Shown: piece by piece, positions 9,613-19,262 of the stretch
How the letters are laid out: every line of letters begins with the position of its first letter
Numbering within the stretch: the stretch's first letter is position 1
Origin: Alphaproteobacteria bacterium
Lineage (GTDB): Bacteria; Pseudomonadota; Alphaproteobacteria; MPNO01
Reading direction: 5' to 3'
Assembly: GCA_963422565.1 (NCBI GenBank)
Contig: OY730228.1
Span: 2,817,802 to 2,881,801, forward strand
Length of the DNA: 64,000 nt
Program-made: the position numbers and the translations under genes
Notes under the pieces: model-generated
Seen by the model: only the letters and a program-made list of their open reading frames with translations
Databases searched by the model: none
Told to the model about the DNA's origin: nothing

Positions 9613-10920
9613 TCACATCAGGCCGGGCAGCCACAGCGCCAGGCCCGGGAACGCCACCAGGATCAGGATCAGGATCGCGTCGCAGACCAGGAAGGGAAAC
9701 GCGGCCTTGGCGACCTGGATCAGGGTCGTGCCCTTGGGCGCGACTCCGAGCATGACATAGAGCAGCAACCCGAAGGGCGGGGTGGTCCCGGCCATCTCGA
9801 TGGTGATCAGGACGAACAGCCCGTACCAGATCAGGTCGAAGCCGAGCGCCTCCGCCAGCGGGAAGAAGATCGGCACCGTGATCAGCATCATCGATGTCGC
9901 GTCCATGAACATGCCGAGCAGGATCAGGACGCAGAACATCAGGAACAGGATCATGAACCGATGCAGCTCGTAGCTGGTCACCCATTCGATCAGCCCCTTG
10001 CTCGCGCCGGAGAAGGACAGCATCTGGCTGAACACGGTCGAATTCATGATGATCAGGAAGACCATCGCCCCGACCTTGATGGTCGCCTCGACCGAGGTGG
10101 TCATCGACGCGAAGGTCAGGGACCGGAACAGGAAGGCGAGAATCATCACGCCCAGCACCCCGCAGGCGGCCGCCTCGGTCGGCGTCGCGATGCCGAGGAT
10201 GATGAACCCGATCACCATGAAGACGATCAGCCCCATCGGCAGGATGTTGGTGCAGACTAGCCTGATCCTGCTCGCCGCGCTCATGCGGGGCACGTCGTAG
10301 GCCGGGGCCGATCCCGGATTCGTGACGAGCTGCAGGGTGATCATCGCGGCGTAGAGCGACGCCAGCACGAAGCCCGGCAGGAACCCCGCGACCAGGAGGC
10401 GGCCTACATCGATCTCGGCGATCGCCGCCAGCAGCACGCCGAGGGCGGAGGGCGGGATGATCATGGCGAGCCCGCCGGTCCCGAGGATCGGCCCCATCGA
10501 CATCTTCTGGCTGTAGCCGCGCCGGTTCATCTCGGGGACCATGAGCGAGCCCAGCATCGCGGTATTGGCCATCGAAGAGCCGGTCAGCGTCGAGAAGATC
10601 GCCCCGCCGGCGACCGTCAGATAGCAGAGCCGCCCCGGCAGCCGGCCGAAGATCGCGTCCAGCCCGTCGAAGACCCGGATCGCGAGCCCGGTGTGAAAGA
10701 ACAGCGCGCCCATCATGATGAACATCGGGACCGGCCCGAGCGTGAACCGGCTGACCAGCTCGGTCGAGTTGTCGGCGACCTGGATCAGTCCCGAAGTGCC
10801 GGCGAAGATAATGATCGCGAGGAAGTTGGTGGCGACGAAGGAAAAGGCGACCGGCACCCCGAGGGCCATGAAGAACATCACCATGCCGAGCAGCAGGGCG
10901 AAGGCCCAGTACCATTCCAC
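9613..10920 (-). CDS. dctM: TRAP transporter large permease (DctM)
   Basis: About 435 aa and polytopic, with DctM-like segments. The likely start is GTG 10920, 2 nt after the dctQ stop; an ATG at 10884 is the alternative. Confidence 0.85.
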   Translation of the reverse strand: MEWYWAFALLLGMVMFFMALGVPVAFSFVATNFLAIIIFAGTSGLIQVADNSTELVSRFTLGPVPMFIMMGALFFHTGLAIRVFDGLDAIFGRLPGRLCYLTVAGGAIFSTLTGSSMANTAMLGSLMVPEMNRRGYSQKMSMGPILGTGGLAMIIPPSALGVLLAAIAEIDVGRLLVAGFLPGFVLASLYAAMITLQLVTNPGSAPAYDVPRMSAASRIRLVCTNILPMGLIVFMVIGFIILGIATPTEAAACGVLGVMILAFLFRSLTFASMTTSVEATIKVGAMVFLIIMNSTVFSQMLSFSGASKGLIEWVTSYELHRFMILFLMFCVLILLGMFMDATSMMLITVPIFFPLAEALGFDLIWYGLFVLITIEMAGTTPPFGLLLYVMLGVAPKGTTLIQVAKAAFPFLVCDAILILILVAFPGLALWLPGLM

Positions 10921-10922
10921 GG

Positions 10923-11450
10923 CTACATGCTTTCCCGGAACTCGGTGCGGTCGCCGTACATGTCGTCGGCCCCCAGCAGGAACCGCAGGAACTCGATCCC
11001 CACCAGCCCGAAGCCGAACGGCATCGGCAAGTAGAGCGTCCACAGGTGGAAGTCGGCACCCCGGTCGTCGAGCTCCTCGAACTCGTACGACTCGACGAGC
11101 AGCTCGATCGAGTACCAGGTGAACGCGGCGCAGCCGGCGATCACCACGACATAGGCGATCTTCGAGGTCACCCTCCGCACCGAGACCGACAGCAGCTGGG
11201 TTACCGCGTCGATGAAGACATGCCCCTTGATCCGAGCGAGCCAGGGCGCCGCCAGCATGGTGAACCAGAGGAGGCCGTACTCGACGAGGCCGTGCGTGCG
11301 GTCCCAGGGCACGACGCCGATATCCCATCTGGAAAGGATCGTCAGCGCGACGTCGACCACGATCACCACGAACACGCCGAAAATCACCACGCCCGAGCCG
11401 ATCTTGAGCGCGTTGAGTATCCAGAGATGCACTCGCGCGACGGCGTCCAC
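10923..11450 (-). CDS. dctQ: TRAP transporter small permease (DctQ)
   Basis: About 175 aa with four predicted TM helices (HLWILNALKIGSGVVIFGVFVVIVV...). GTG start preceded by GGGAGG. The start coordinate is approximate, within a few nt. Confidence 0.7.
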   Translation of the reverse strand: MDAVARVHLWILNALKIGSGVVIFGVFVVIVVDVALTILSRWDIGVVPWDRTHGLVEYGLLWFTMLAAPWLARIKGHVFIDAVTQLLSVSVRRVTSKIAYVVVIAGCAAFTWYSIELLVESYEFEELDDRGADFHLWTLYLPMPFGFGLVGIEFLRFLLGADDMYGDRTEFRESM

Positions 11451-11585
11451 GTCCCTCCCCGCTCCCTGCCGCCCGCCCAGCTTAGAGCATTCGCGGCGAA
11501 CGCGAAACGGGGCGCATGAACCCGCGGGCCGGTTCCTCCGCCGTCGTCGCGTCGCTCCTCCCGAACCCGGGCGCGCTTCCATCGG

Positions 11586-12584
11586 ATGCGGCGAAGGGTA
11601 GACTCCGCCCGCGCGGCCGGCGTCTCGCGACCGGCCGAACAGGAGGAGAGCGGAGATGCCGCTGCATTTCGCCCGGCCGGGGGGCGCGGCCTGAAGTCCC
11701 TCGCGGCGGTCGCCCTGCTGCTGGTCTCGGGCGCGGCGTTCGGTCTCGCCCCGTCGCTCGCCCGGACCGCGGTCACCGGCGGCGTCCCGCCGATGGGCTA
11801 CGTGTTCTGGATGGGCGGCGGCGCCGCGCTGGCGAGCCTCGCAGTGGCGCTGCTGCGTGGGCGGCGGCCCCGCTTCGACCGCGGTCATCTCGTCTACTAT
11901 CTCTGCTCGGGCTGCACCCGGATCATCGCCGGCGGCTTCGTCATGTACACGGTGCTCGGCCGGGTGCCGGCGAGCGCGTTCGCGATCGTGCTGGCGACGG
12001 CGCCGCTGACGACCTATTTCGCGCGGCTGGTTCTGGGTCACGAACGCGGCGGCGGACGCGCGCCGGGCGTCTGTCTCGGTCTTGCCGGGGTGGGCTTCCT
12101 CTTCGGACCCGAGACCGCGCTTCCCGACCCGTCGGCGATCCCGTGGCTGGCGCTCGGCTTCGCGGTGCCGGTGCTCTACACGCTCTCCAACCTGACGATC
12201 GAGCGGCTGCGCCCGGCGGGCGCCGATTCCATATCGTTGACCGCCGGAATGCTGGTCACCGTCGCTTGCATCGCCGGCCCGCTGGCCCTCGCGATGGGCC
12301 AGTTCCACCCGCTCTGGCGCGGCGGGGCCGCCCTCCCCGAGGCCGCGATGTTCGGCCATTCGTTGTCCATGGCCTGCGCGTTCCTGTGCCTCTACGAGGT
12401 CGTGCGGCGCACCGACGCGACCTTCGGCGGACAGGTTTCCTACGTCTCGACCATCGCTGCGATCGTCTTCGGGATGCTGCTGCTCGGCGAGCGGCCGAGC
12501 CTCTGGGTCTGGGCCGCGATGGCCTGCATCCTGGCCGGCATCTACCAGGTTGGCCGGGGGTCGGCGGTGCGCGGCGGCTTGTAA
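11586..12584 (+). CDS. EamA/DMT family transporter
   Basis: About 10 TM helices over two EamA-like halves. The start codon is uncertain. Confidence 0.7.
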   Translation: MRRRVDSARAAGVSRPAEQEESGDAAAFRPAGGRGLKSLAAVALLLVSGAAFGLAPSLARTAVTGGVPPMGYVFWMGGGAALASLAVALLRGRRPRFDRGHLVYYLCSGCTRIIAGGFVMYTVLGRVPASAFAIVLATAPLTTYFARLVLGHERGGGRAPGVCLGLAGVGFLFGPETALPDPSAIPWLALGFAVPVLYTLSNLTIERLRPAGADSISLTAGMLVTVACIAGPLALAMGQFHPLWRGGAALPEAAMFGHSLSMACAFLCLYEVVRRTDATFGGQVSYVSTIAAIVFGMLLLGERPSLWVWAAMACILAGIYQVGRGSAVRGGL

Positions 12585-12617
12585 CGCGGCGCCGGTCGTG
12601 GCAGCCTTCGGACCGCC

Positions 12618-12694
12618 GGGCCCGTAGTTCAGCTGGTTAGAACGCGCCGCTCATAACGGCGTTGTCGCAGGTTCGAGTCCTGCCGGGCCCACCA
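12618..12694 (+). tRNA. tRNA-Met (anticodon CAU); elongator Met or Ile2-lysidine type, not initiator
   Basis: GGGCCCGTAGTTCAGCTGGTTAGAACGCGCCGCTCATAACGGCGTTGTCGCAGGTTCGAGTCCTGCCGGGCCCACCA. Acceptor stem is 7 bp, the anticodon loop is CUCAUAA, a T-loop GTTCGAGTC is present, and CCA is encoded. The anticodon stem lacks the three G-C pairs of initiator tRNA. Confidence 0.9.
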
Positions 12695-12746
12695 CGCATC
12701 CCGCTGCCGCCGCGCGCGGCGAGACCGTCCGGACGGGGAGGACAGG

Positions 12747-14042
12747 ATGGCCGAGCTTTGGCGACTTACGGCGACCGAGGCGGCGGCGCGCATCGCGGCC
12801 GGCCGGATCACCTCGGAGGCGCTCGTGCGCGCCTGTCTCGAGCGGATAGAGGAGCGCGAGGGTGCGGTCCGGGCATGGGCGCATCTCGACCCCGACTTCG
12901 CGGTCGATCAGGCGCGCCGGGCGGACGCGTCGACGCCCCGGGGGCCGTTCCACGGCGTGCCGTTCGGCGTCAAGGACGTGATCGACAGCGCCGGCCTGCC
13001 GACCGAATACGGCAGCCCGGCGATCCATGGCGGCCATCGTCCGGCCCGCGACGCCGCCTGCGTGGCGGCGATGCGGGCCTCGGGCGCGGTGATGCTCGGC
13101 AAGACGGTCTCGACCGAGTTCGCCACCTTCACCCCCGGCCGGACGCGGAACCCGCACGACCCGGCGCACACGCCGGGAGGCTCCTCGAGCGGCTCCGCCG
13201 CGGCCGTCGCCGCCGGGATGGTGCCGATCGCCTTCGGCAACCAGACCGCCGGCTCGCTGATACGCCCGGCCGCGTTCTGTGGCGTCGTAGGCCTCAAGCC
13301 GACCCACGGAACGGTCGATCCGACCGGTATCCTCGCCCTCGAGCCGAGCTTCGACACGCTGGGTTATATGGGGCGGTCGGTGGAGGATGTGGCGGCCTTC
13401 TACGGCATCGTGGGCGGCGATCCGCCGGCATTGCTCGCCGACGGGCTGGGCCGCGCGCCGCGTATCGGGCTGTGCCGGACCCACCATTGGGCGCGGGCCG
13501 AACCGGCGGCGCAGGAAGCGGTGATGCGGGCCGCGGCCCGGCTGTCGGCGCTCGGGGCCGAGATCTTGGATCTCGACCTGCCCGAGGCCTTCGCCGCCAT
13601 TCCCGACAGCCACAGGGTGATCCTCAACGACGGGCTCACCCGGAGCCTCGCCGGGCGGTATGCGGAGAGCCGCGACGCCTTCAGCGCGCGGCTGCGCGGC
13701 ATGATCGAGGAAGGCCTCGGCTATGACGTGGCGACACGCGCGGAAGCGCGTCGCCACGTCGATGCCTGCCGGGCGGAGGCCGACGGCCTGTTCGCGCGCT
13801 GCGACGCGCTGTTGAGCCCGAGCGCCCCCGGCGAAGCGCCGGAAGGGCTCGACTCGACCGGCGATCCGATCTTCCAGACGACCTGGACCGCGCTGCATCT
13901 GCCCTGCGTGACGCTGCCCTGGACTACCGGCCCGCGGGGGCTGCCGATCGGCGTCCAGCTCATCGGTAGGCGGGGCGCCGACACCCCGCTGCTCGCCCTC
14001 GCCGGATGGCTCCATAGACGGGCGGACGACGCGACGGCATGA
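12747..14042 (+). CDS. amidase (amidase-signature family)
   Basis: 431 aa with a GGSSSGSAAAVAAGMVP signature-like segment and a conserved Lys/Ser pattern. SD ggggagga lies upstream. Confidence 0.85.
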   Translation: MAELWRLTATEAAARIAAGRITSEALVRACLERIEEREGAVRAWAHLDPDFAVDQARRADASTPRGPFHGVPFGVKDVIDSAGLPTEYGSPAIHGGHRPARDAACVAAMRASGAVMLGKTVSTEFATFTPGRTRNPHDPAHTPGGSSSGSAAAVAAGMVPIAFGNQTAGSLIRPAAFCGVVGLKPTHGTVDPTGILALEPSFDTLGYMGRSVEDVAAFYGIVGGDPPALLADGLGRAPRIGLCRTHHWARAEPAAQEAVMRAAARLSALGAEILDLDLPEAFAAIPDSHRVILNDGLTRSLAGRYAESRDAFSARLRGMIEEGLGYDVATRAEARRHVDACRAEADGLFARCDALLSPSAPGEAPEGLDSTGDPIFQTTWTALHLPCVTLPWTTGPRGLPIGVQLIGRRGADTPLLALAGWLHRRADDATA

Positions 14043-14560
14043 CATCGAATACAGGGGAAGCGCGCGAGCTGGAGAAGCGGCAAGAACGTTATATGCGGAA
14101 GCTCGATGATCCGGGCCGTGGGAACCTTGAACGATGTCGTGGACAGGGAGCTTCGCGCTCTACCGCTCGACATGCGAGCGCGGGGCGCGCGCATCTGCGA
14201 ACCGATCGTCGCGGTTGGCCTGGAACCCATGGGCACGTCGCATTTGCGGCATCCGGCCCGGCGCGCGGCGCCCGATCGGTCGGCGCGAAGCGGGCGAAGT
14301 CGCCGCCATGGTCCTTGACGCGCGGCCGCGCGTCGCCGCCGATCTTGCTGGTGCCGAGCCCGAGGCCGACCAGCGCCTCGACAATGGCCGGGTTCTCGTT
14401 CCCGACAGCCCACGGGTAAGGCGCCAGCCCGAAAGCCGATATATGAAGTCGGGCAAAGTCGAATTGGCCGCGCGCATTCGGGTCCGAGCCGGCGGCCAGA
14501 CAGGCCGCCGCGTCATCGGCCGTGGCGGCTGCGAAGAATCCCGGCGTGTTTCAATTTCGG

Positions 14561-14830
14561 CTATCCGCGGCGCTGCGGCCAGCCCGGCGAGCGGCCTCGC
14601 GATCCAGAAGGAGAGGCCGAGCCGGGTCATCGCGATCGCCGCGACATAGCCGCCGATCAGCGCGACGGCGCCCTGGTCGATATGTATCCGCCCGATATAG
14701 AAGGTCAGCCAGACCCCGGCGCTGATCACGCTCAGGGCCGAGGCCGTGGTCAGGACGCCGATGAGATAGGGCTCGTCGCCCAGCCCGGCCGAGACCGCCG
14801 CGATGTAGACCGCCAACAGCCCGACGGTGA
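14561..14830 (-). pseudogene. remnant of a LivM-type branched-chain-amino-acid ABC permease (N-terminal ~90 aa only)
   Basis: The translation ...YLIGVLTTASALSVISAGVWLTFYIGRIHIDQGAVALIGGYVAAIAMTRLGLSFWIARPLAGLAAA matches the LivM core (GLGFW..PIAGL.AA of E. coli LivM). Homology then stops and the frame runs on as low-complexity Arg/Pro sequence. There is no credible start or C-terminal half. Confidence 0.55.
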
Positions 14831-15252
14831 TCTGCCTCTGTCGACTGGTCCGGCAACGGCCTGCACTGGGACGACCTCAACGAGGATATCTCGGTGGAAG
14901 GCCTGTTGTCGGGACGCGGAGACGGCACGCAGCCCGGATCGCAGGCGGCCTGACGGCAAACGCCGGTTTCACAGACTATATTTTGTGGTTCGGACCGTGC
15001 TGCACTTCAGGATTTGCCGCACAACCTACGTCCGCCGCTAATATAGGGCTCTTGATTGCAGCGCCACCTTCGCCATCAGCTCCCCCGAAAACCTGCGTCG
15101 CTTGCTGCTCGTCTGTATCCCTCAGTCAGATGGTGGAATACACCTTAGCGACCTGTCCGATTTTCCGGGTCCACCTCACACCTCTCTGCATCGCGTCGCC
15201 ACGATCGGACGCCACATCCGGAACCCGAAAACAGATCGACGCATATGCCGCC

Positions 15253-16800
15253 CTATCCCCGCCGACCGCCGAAGTCCGGAAAATGTTCGACCCGGAAGCT
15301 GGCATAGGCGGCCGCATCCACCGGCGAAGCGTCCTCGACGACCAGCTCGAAGACCACATCCCCCGATGCCGCGTCGATCTCGATCTGCCGCACCGCGCAG
15401 CGCCCGTCATCGACCCGGTCGGAGGGCAGACCGTTCTCGGTGCAGACCCCGCCATAGTTGACGAGGAGGTTGCCGGTGGCGGGCAGACGGCAGACGCCGC
15501 TCTGGAAGCAGGAGAAGGTCCCGTCCTCGGCGCGGCCGCGCGCCCAGATCTGGCGCACCGTGCGGCGGTCGCGGTCGACCGCGAATTCGACCGCCCGGCT
15601 GTAGCAGTCGGCCGGCGGGGCCGCCCGCACCGGCGGGACCGCCCGATGGTTGCCGTTGTCGAAGCAGAGCAGGGTGCCGGTCGGGCCGATCGAGCAGTCG
15701 TGCTGGTGATAGGGCCATTCGAGCCCCGGCGCCGGGGCGAGCAGCTTGTTCGACCAGGGCGCCCGCCAACCCGCATGATCGCCGAGGATCCAGACCAGAG
15801 CGCCGGTCGCCCGGTCGATCTTGATCAGACAGTCCTGGTGGCGCAGCGAGACGACGATGCCGTCGTCGGCGGGATCGTGGGCGAGCCCGTTGGCGTGGCT
15901 CCAGTCGCAGCTGTCGGGATAGCCCCGCCGCACCCAGTAGCTGCTGCGGCTGCCGTAGCAGACGCGGCGCGGATCGAGCAGGTCGAGCAGGCGGTATTCG
16001 TTGACGACCGCACCCTCCCGCGTGAACTCGACGATCACGTCGCCGACAAGGCGGGCCGTCTCGACGGTCCCCTCCGGATCGTCCTCCGCCACCGGAAAGC
16101 CGCCGATCTCGCGGATTTCAATGCTGCAGGCGACGAAATTGCCCGAGGGGAGCTCGATGACGGCGTGGTGGAACATCTCTGCGGGGACCTCGACCGCCCC
16201 GTCGGGCGGCGTCCTGCCCCGCCAGCGCCCGCGCGCATACCATTCGGCCCTTTTGTTCCCCATGAGGTCGATCTCGCAGATGCGCCCGTCCGCGACATAG
16301 AGCAGCCGGTCCCCGGCGCGCCGGCGCACATCGCCGATGGCCTCGCCGATCCGGTACGTCCAGACGATCTCGCCCCAGCGGTCGACCGCGACCAGGAGGC
16401 CGAGCGGCGGGCGGTCTTCCGACGAGGGGGCGTGGCGGAGGTTGAACACCGTTACCCCGGGATCGCGCCTCGCCGGATCGCAGGCGATCACCCGAACCGG
16501 CGGGAAATCGGCCGGCAGCGGCGGCGGCGTGACATCCAGCGCCGCCTTGGCCGTGCCATCGTCCCCGACCCCCGCCGCAGTCAGGGATATCCGATGGCAG
16601 CGTCCGGGGCGTAGCCCGACCAGCGGCAGCCGGTGCCGCGTCGCGAAGGCCGCCCCGCAGTCGACCGCCCAGCTTTGCCCGCCCTCGGAAACGGTCAAGG
16701 CGACGCGCGCGGGGGCGTCGGTGGCGAAGGAGACCGATGCCGCGAGCGGCGCTTCCGGGTTGGGGTTGGCGGAAACGACCGGCGCCCTGGTGAACCGCAT
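15253..16800 (-). CDS. arylsulfate sulfotransferase (ASST) family protein
   Basis: 515 aa with ASST hallmarks: HHAVIELPSGNF, WSHANGLAHDPADDGIVVSLRHQDCLIKIDRATGALVWILG and a beta-propeller repeat pattern. ATG 16800 lies 77 bp downstream of livM on the same strand. Confidence 0.8.
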   Translation of the reverse strand: MRFTRAPVVSANPNPEAPLAASVSFATDAPARVALTVSEGGQSWAVDCGAAFATRHRLPLVGLRPGRCHRISLTAAGVGDDGTAKAALDVTPPPLPADFPPVRVIACDPARRDPGVTVFNLRHAPSSEDRPPLGLLVAVDRWGEIVWTYRIGEAIGDVRRRAGDRLLYVADGRICEIDLMGNKRAEWYARGRWRGRTPPDGAVEVPAEMFHHAVIELPSGNFVACSIEIREIGGFPVAEDDPEGTVETARLVGDVIVEFTREGAVVNEYRLLDLLDPRRVCYGSRSSYWVRRGYPDSCDWSHANGLAHDPADDGIVVSLRHQDCLIKIDRATGALVWILGDHAGWRAPWSNKLLAPAPGLEWPYHQHDCSIGPTGTLLCFDNGNHRAVPPVRAAPPADCYSRAVEFAVDRDRRTVRQIWARGRAEDGTFSCFQSGVCRLPATGNLLVNYGGVCTENGLPSDRVDDGRCAVRQIEIDAASGDVVFELVVEDASPVDAAAYASFRVEHFPDFGGRRG

Positions 16801-16877
16801 ATCCTCCCCCCGATTCCGCGCGCCGTCCGTTGCGGGCGGGACGCGGGTCGACCATAGCACGCGGCCCTGCCGCGCGG

Positions 16878-18242
16878 TCAGCGGCGGACGATCTCGGGGA
16901 GGATGCCGCGCGGGGCGAACCGCATCACCAGGAGAAGGATCGTGCCCATGAGGATGGGGCGCATATGCGCGGCCGCGTCCTGCAGATGGGCGCGGACGGG
17001 ATCGCCGTCCGCCATCCCCGCGGTCGCCGCCTCCACCAGCCACAGCCCCGCCGGTTCGGCCTCGATCCAGACCAGCCAGATCAGGAAGCCGCCGAGCACC
17101 GCGCCGAGATTGTTCCCCGATCCGCCGACGATTACCATCACCCAGATCAGGAACGTGAACCTTAGCGGGTTGTAGCCCGATGGCGTGAACTGGCCGTCGA
17201 GGGTGACGAGCATCGCGCCGCCGATCCCGACCACGGCGGAACCCAGAACGAAGACCTGACGGTGGCGGCGGACCACATCTTTCCCCAGCGCTTCGGCCGC
17301 GACCTCGTCGTCCCGGATCGCCCGCATCATGCGCCCCCAGGGCGAAGCGAGCGCGCGTTCGGCGAGCAGCAGCACGACCAGCAGAACGGCGGCGAACAGG
17401 CCGGCATAGCAGAGCTTCACGAAGATGCCGGACGCGTCGGTCACAAGCTGTCGGAGCGCTGCCGTGCGCTCCGCCCCGGCCAGCCCTGACAGTGCCCCCT
17501 CGTGCAGCCAGCCGACGACGCCCCGAAACCAGACGGCCTCCTGCAGGTCGAGCTCGTAGGGCACCGGGCGCGGGAGCCCGGTCACGTTCTTGACGCCGCG
17601 CGCGATCCAGTCCTCGTTCTTCAGCACGGCGATCACGATCTCGGAGATGCCGAGGGTCGCGATCGCCAGATAGTCCGCCCGGAGACCCAGGGCCACGCGG
17701 CCGACGACATAGGCGGCGGCAGCGGCCAACAGACCGCCGGCCGCCCAGGCCAGGATGATGGGTAGGCCGAAACCGCCGAGATAGCCGGTCCGCGACGGGT
17801 CGACCGCCTCGATCGCCTCGACAGCCAGATCGAAGAAGGCGCCGACCAGGAGGTAGCCGGCGGCGGCCGCGCCGGCGACCGCCGCCGCCCGCCATCGGCC
17901 GCGCGGTACGAGCCGGAGGGCGCCCCAGATCAGGCCGGTCGCGAGGACGGCCGCCCCGGCGGCCAGCAGGAGGTCCGCGCCGCCCGCCGCTACCGCCTCC
18001 GGGACCGGCGGCTGGGAGATCAGCACGCAGGCGAGCCCGCCGAGCGCGGCGAAGCCCATCGTCCCGATATTGAACAGGCCGGCGTAACCCCACTGGATGT
18101 TGACGCCGAGCGCCATCACCGCCGAGATCAGGCAGAGGTTGAGAATCGCGAGGCTGACCGACCAGGACTGGCCGAACCCGATCGCGACCAGCAGCGCGGC
18201 GACCGCGGCGAAGCAGACGGCCGCGCGGGGCCGCGCGCTCAC
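16878..18242 (-). CDS. livM: branched-chain amino acid ABC transporter permease (LivM type)
   Basis: Contains GVNIQWGYAGLFNIGTMGFAALGG and LRADYLAIATLGISEIV. The GTG start overlaps the livH stop (GTGA). Confidence 0.85.
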   Translation of the reverse strand: MSARPRAAVCFAAVAALLVAIGFGQSWSVSLAILNLCLISAVMALGVNIQWGYAGLFNIGTMGFAALGGLACVLISQPPVPEAVAAGGADLLLAAGAAVLATGLIWGALRLVPRGRWRAAAVAGAAAAGYLLVGAFFDLAVEAIEAVDPSRTGYLGGFGLPIILAWAAGGLLAAAAAYVVGRVALGLRADYLAIATLGISEIVIAVLKNEDWIARGVKNVTGLPRPVPYELDLQEAVWFRGVVGWLHEGALSGLAGAERTAALRQLVTDASGIFVKLCYAGLFAAVLLVVLLLAERALASPWGRMMRAIRDDEVAAEALGKDVVRRHRQVFVLGSAVVGIGGAMLVTLDGQFTPSGYNPLRFTFLIWVMVIVGGSGNNLGAVLGGFLIWLVWIEAEPAGLWLVEAATAGMADGDPVRAHLQDAAAHMRPILMGTILLLVMRFAPRGILPEIVRR

Positions 18243-19255
18243 AGCAGACGGCCCCGGAACAGCCCGGTCGGACGCCAGATCAGCACCGCGACCAGGATGA
18301 CGAAGGACACGGCGAACTTGTAGTCGGTGGACAGGAGCTGTACCAGCCCGTCGGGCTGCAGCTCTTCGGGAAGCAGGTAGCGCAGGAACTTCCTGTACGG
18401 ATAGGTCAGCGCGACCTCGGAGAAGGCGACCAGGAACGCGCCCGCGATCGCGCCCACGGGCTGGCCGATACCGCCGACGATGGCAGCCGCGAACATCGGT
18501 AGCAGAAGCTGGAAATAGGTGAAGGGCTGAAAGCTCTTGTCGAGCCCGTACAGTGTGCCGGCGATGGCGGCGAGCCCTGCGGCGATGACCCAGGTCACCA
18601 GGACCGTCCGCTCCGGATCGACTCCCGACAGCCGCGCCAGATCTTCGTTGTCCGAATAGGCGCGCATCGACTTGCCGACTCGGGTGCGCTGCAGGAGCCA
18701 GAACAGCGCCGCGACGGCGACGGCCGCGGCCGCAAGGGTCAGGACCTGCGAGACGCGGATCGAGAGGCCTTCCCCGAGCCCGGTCGCGCGCTTGAACGCC
18801 CCCGCGCTCACCAGAAAGCGGGCGCCGTCGCCGAACGCCCGATCGTCGGGCCCGATGACCATCCGGATCAGGCCGTTCATCACGAACATCACGCCGACCG
18901 AGGCGATAGCCATCGCGATCGGGCTGCTGCGCCGGCGCCGATAATAGCGGAACACGCTGCGGTCGACGGCGAGGCTCGCGGCGATGGCGGCCAGCACGCC
19001 GATCGGCAGCGCCAGCAGCGCCGTCGGCAGCGGCGCGATACCGATGCCCCAGGCCTGGAGCTGCCATGTCGCCAGGATCGTCGCCATCGCCCCGAACGCC
19101 ATCAGATCGCCATGGGCGACGTTGGCGAATCGCAGGATGCCGAACAGAAGCGTGATGCCGAGCGCGCCGAGCGCGAGCTGCGCGCCATAGGCGGCGGCCG
19201 GAATCAGGACGAAGTTCGCCAACAATACGAACGCATTGGCGATATCCGTCAGCAT
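18239..19255 (-). CDS. livH: branched-chain amino acid ABC transporter permease (LivH type)
   Basis: 338 aa. The N-terminus MLTDIANAFVLLANFVLIPAAAYGAQLALGALGITLLFGILRFANVAHGDLMAFGAM is typical of LivH. Confidence 0.85.
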   Translation of the reverse strand: MLTDIANAFVLLANFVLIPAAAYGAQLALGALGITLLFGILRFANVAHGDLMAFGAMATILATWQLQAWGIGIAPLPTALLALPIGVLAAIAASLAVDRSVFRYYRRRRSSPIAMAIASVGVMFVMNGLIRMVIGPDDRAFGDGARFLVSAGAFKRATGLGEGLSIRVSQVLTLAAAAVAVAALFWLLQRTRVGKSMRAYSDNEDLARLSGVDPERTVLVTWVIAAGLAAIAGTLYGLDKSFQPFTYFQLLLPMFAAAIVGGIGQPVGAIAGAFLVAFSEVALTYPYRKFLRYLLPEELQPDGLVQLLSTDYKFAVSFVILVAVLIWRPTGLFRGRLL

Positions 19256-19262
19256 CGGCCGG

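Noticed and set aside
9434-11059. 541-aa minus-strand ORF overlapping dctM
   Set aside because: It is an alternate frame of the dctM region. The membrane-protein frame (9613..10920) carries the real TRAP DctM signal.
14827-16614. 595-aa ORF on the plus strand across the ASST locus
   Set aside because: It is antisense to a gene with strong family motifs (ASST). Its translation is Arg/Ala/Pro-rich without domain-like features.
12618-16800. Possible integrative island at tRNA-Met (amidase, decayed permease, ASST)
   Set aside because: I found no integrase, excisionase or transposase, and no direct repeat of the tRNA 3' end by eye. It is kept only as a weak hypothesis within the pseudogene finding.
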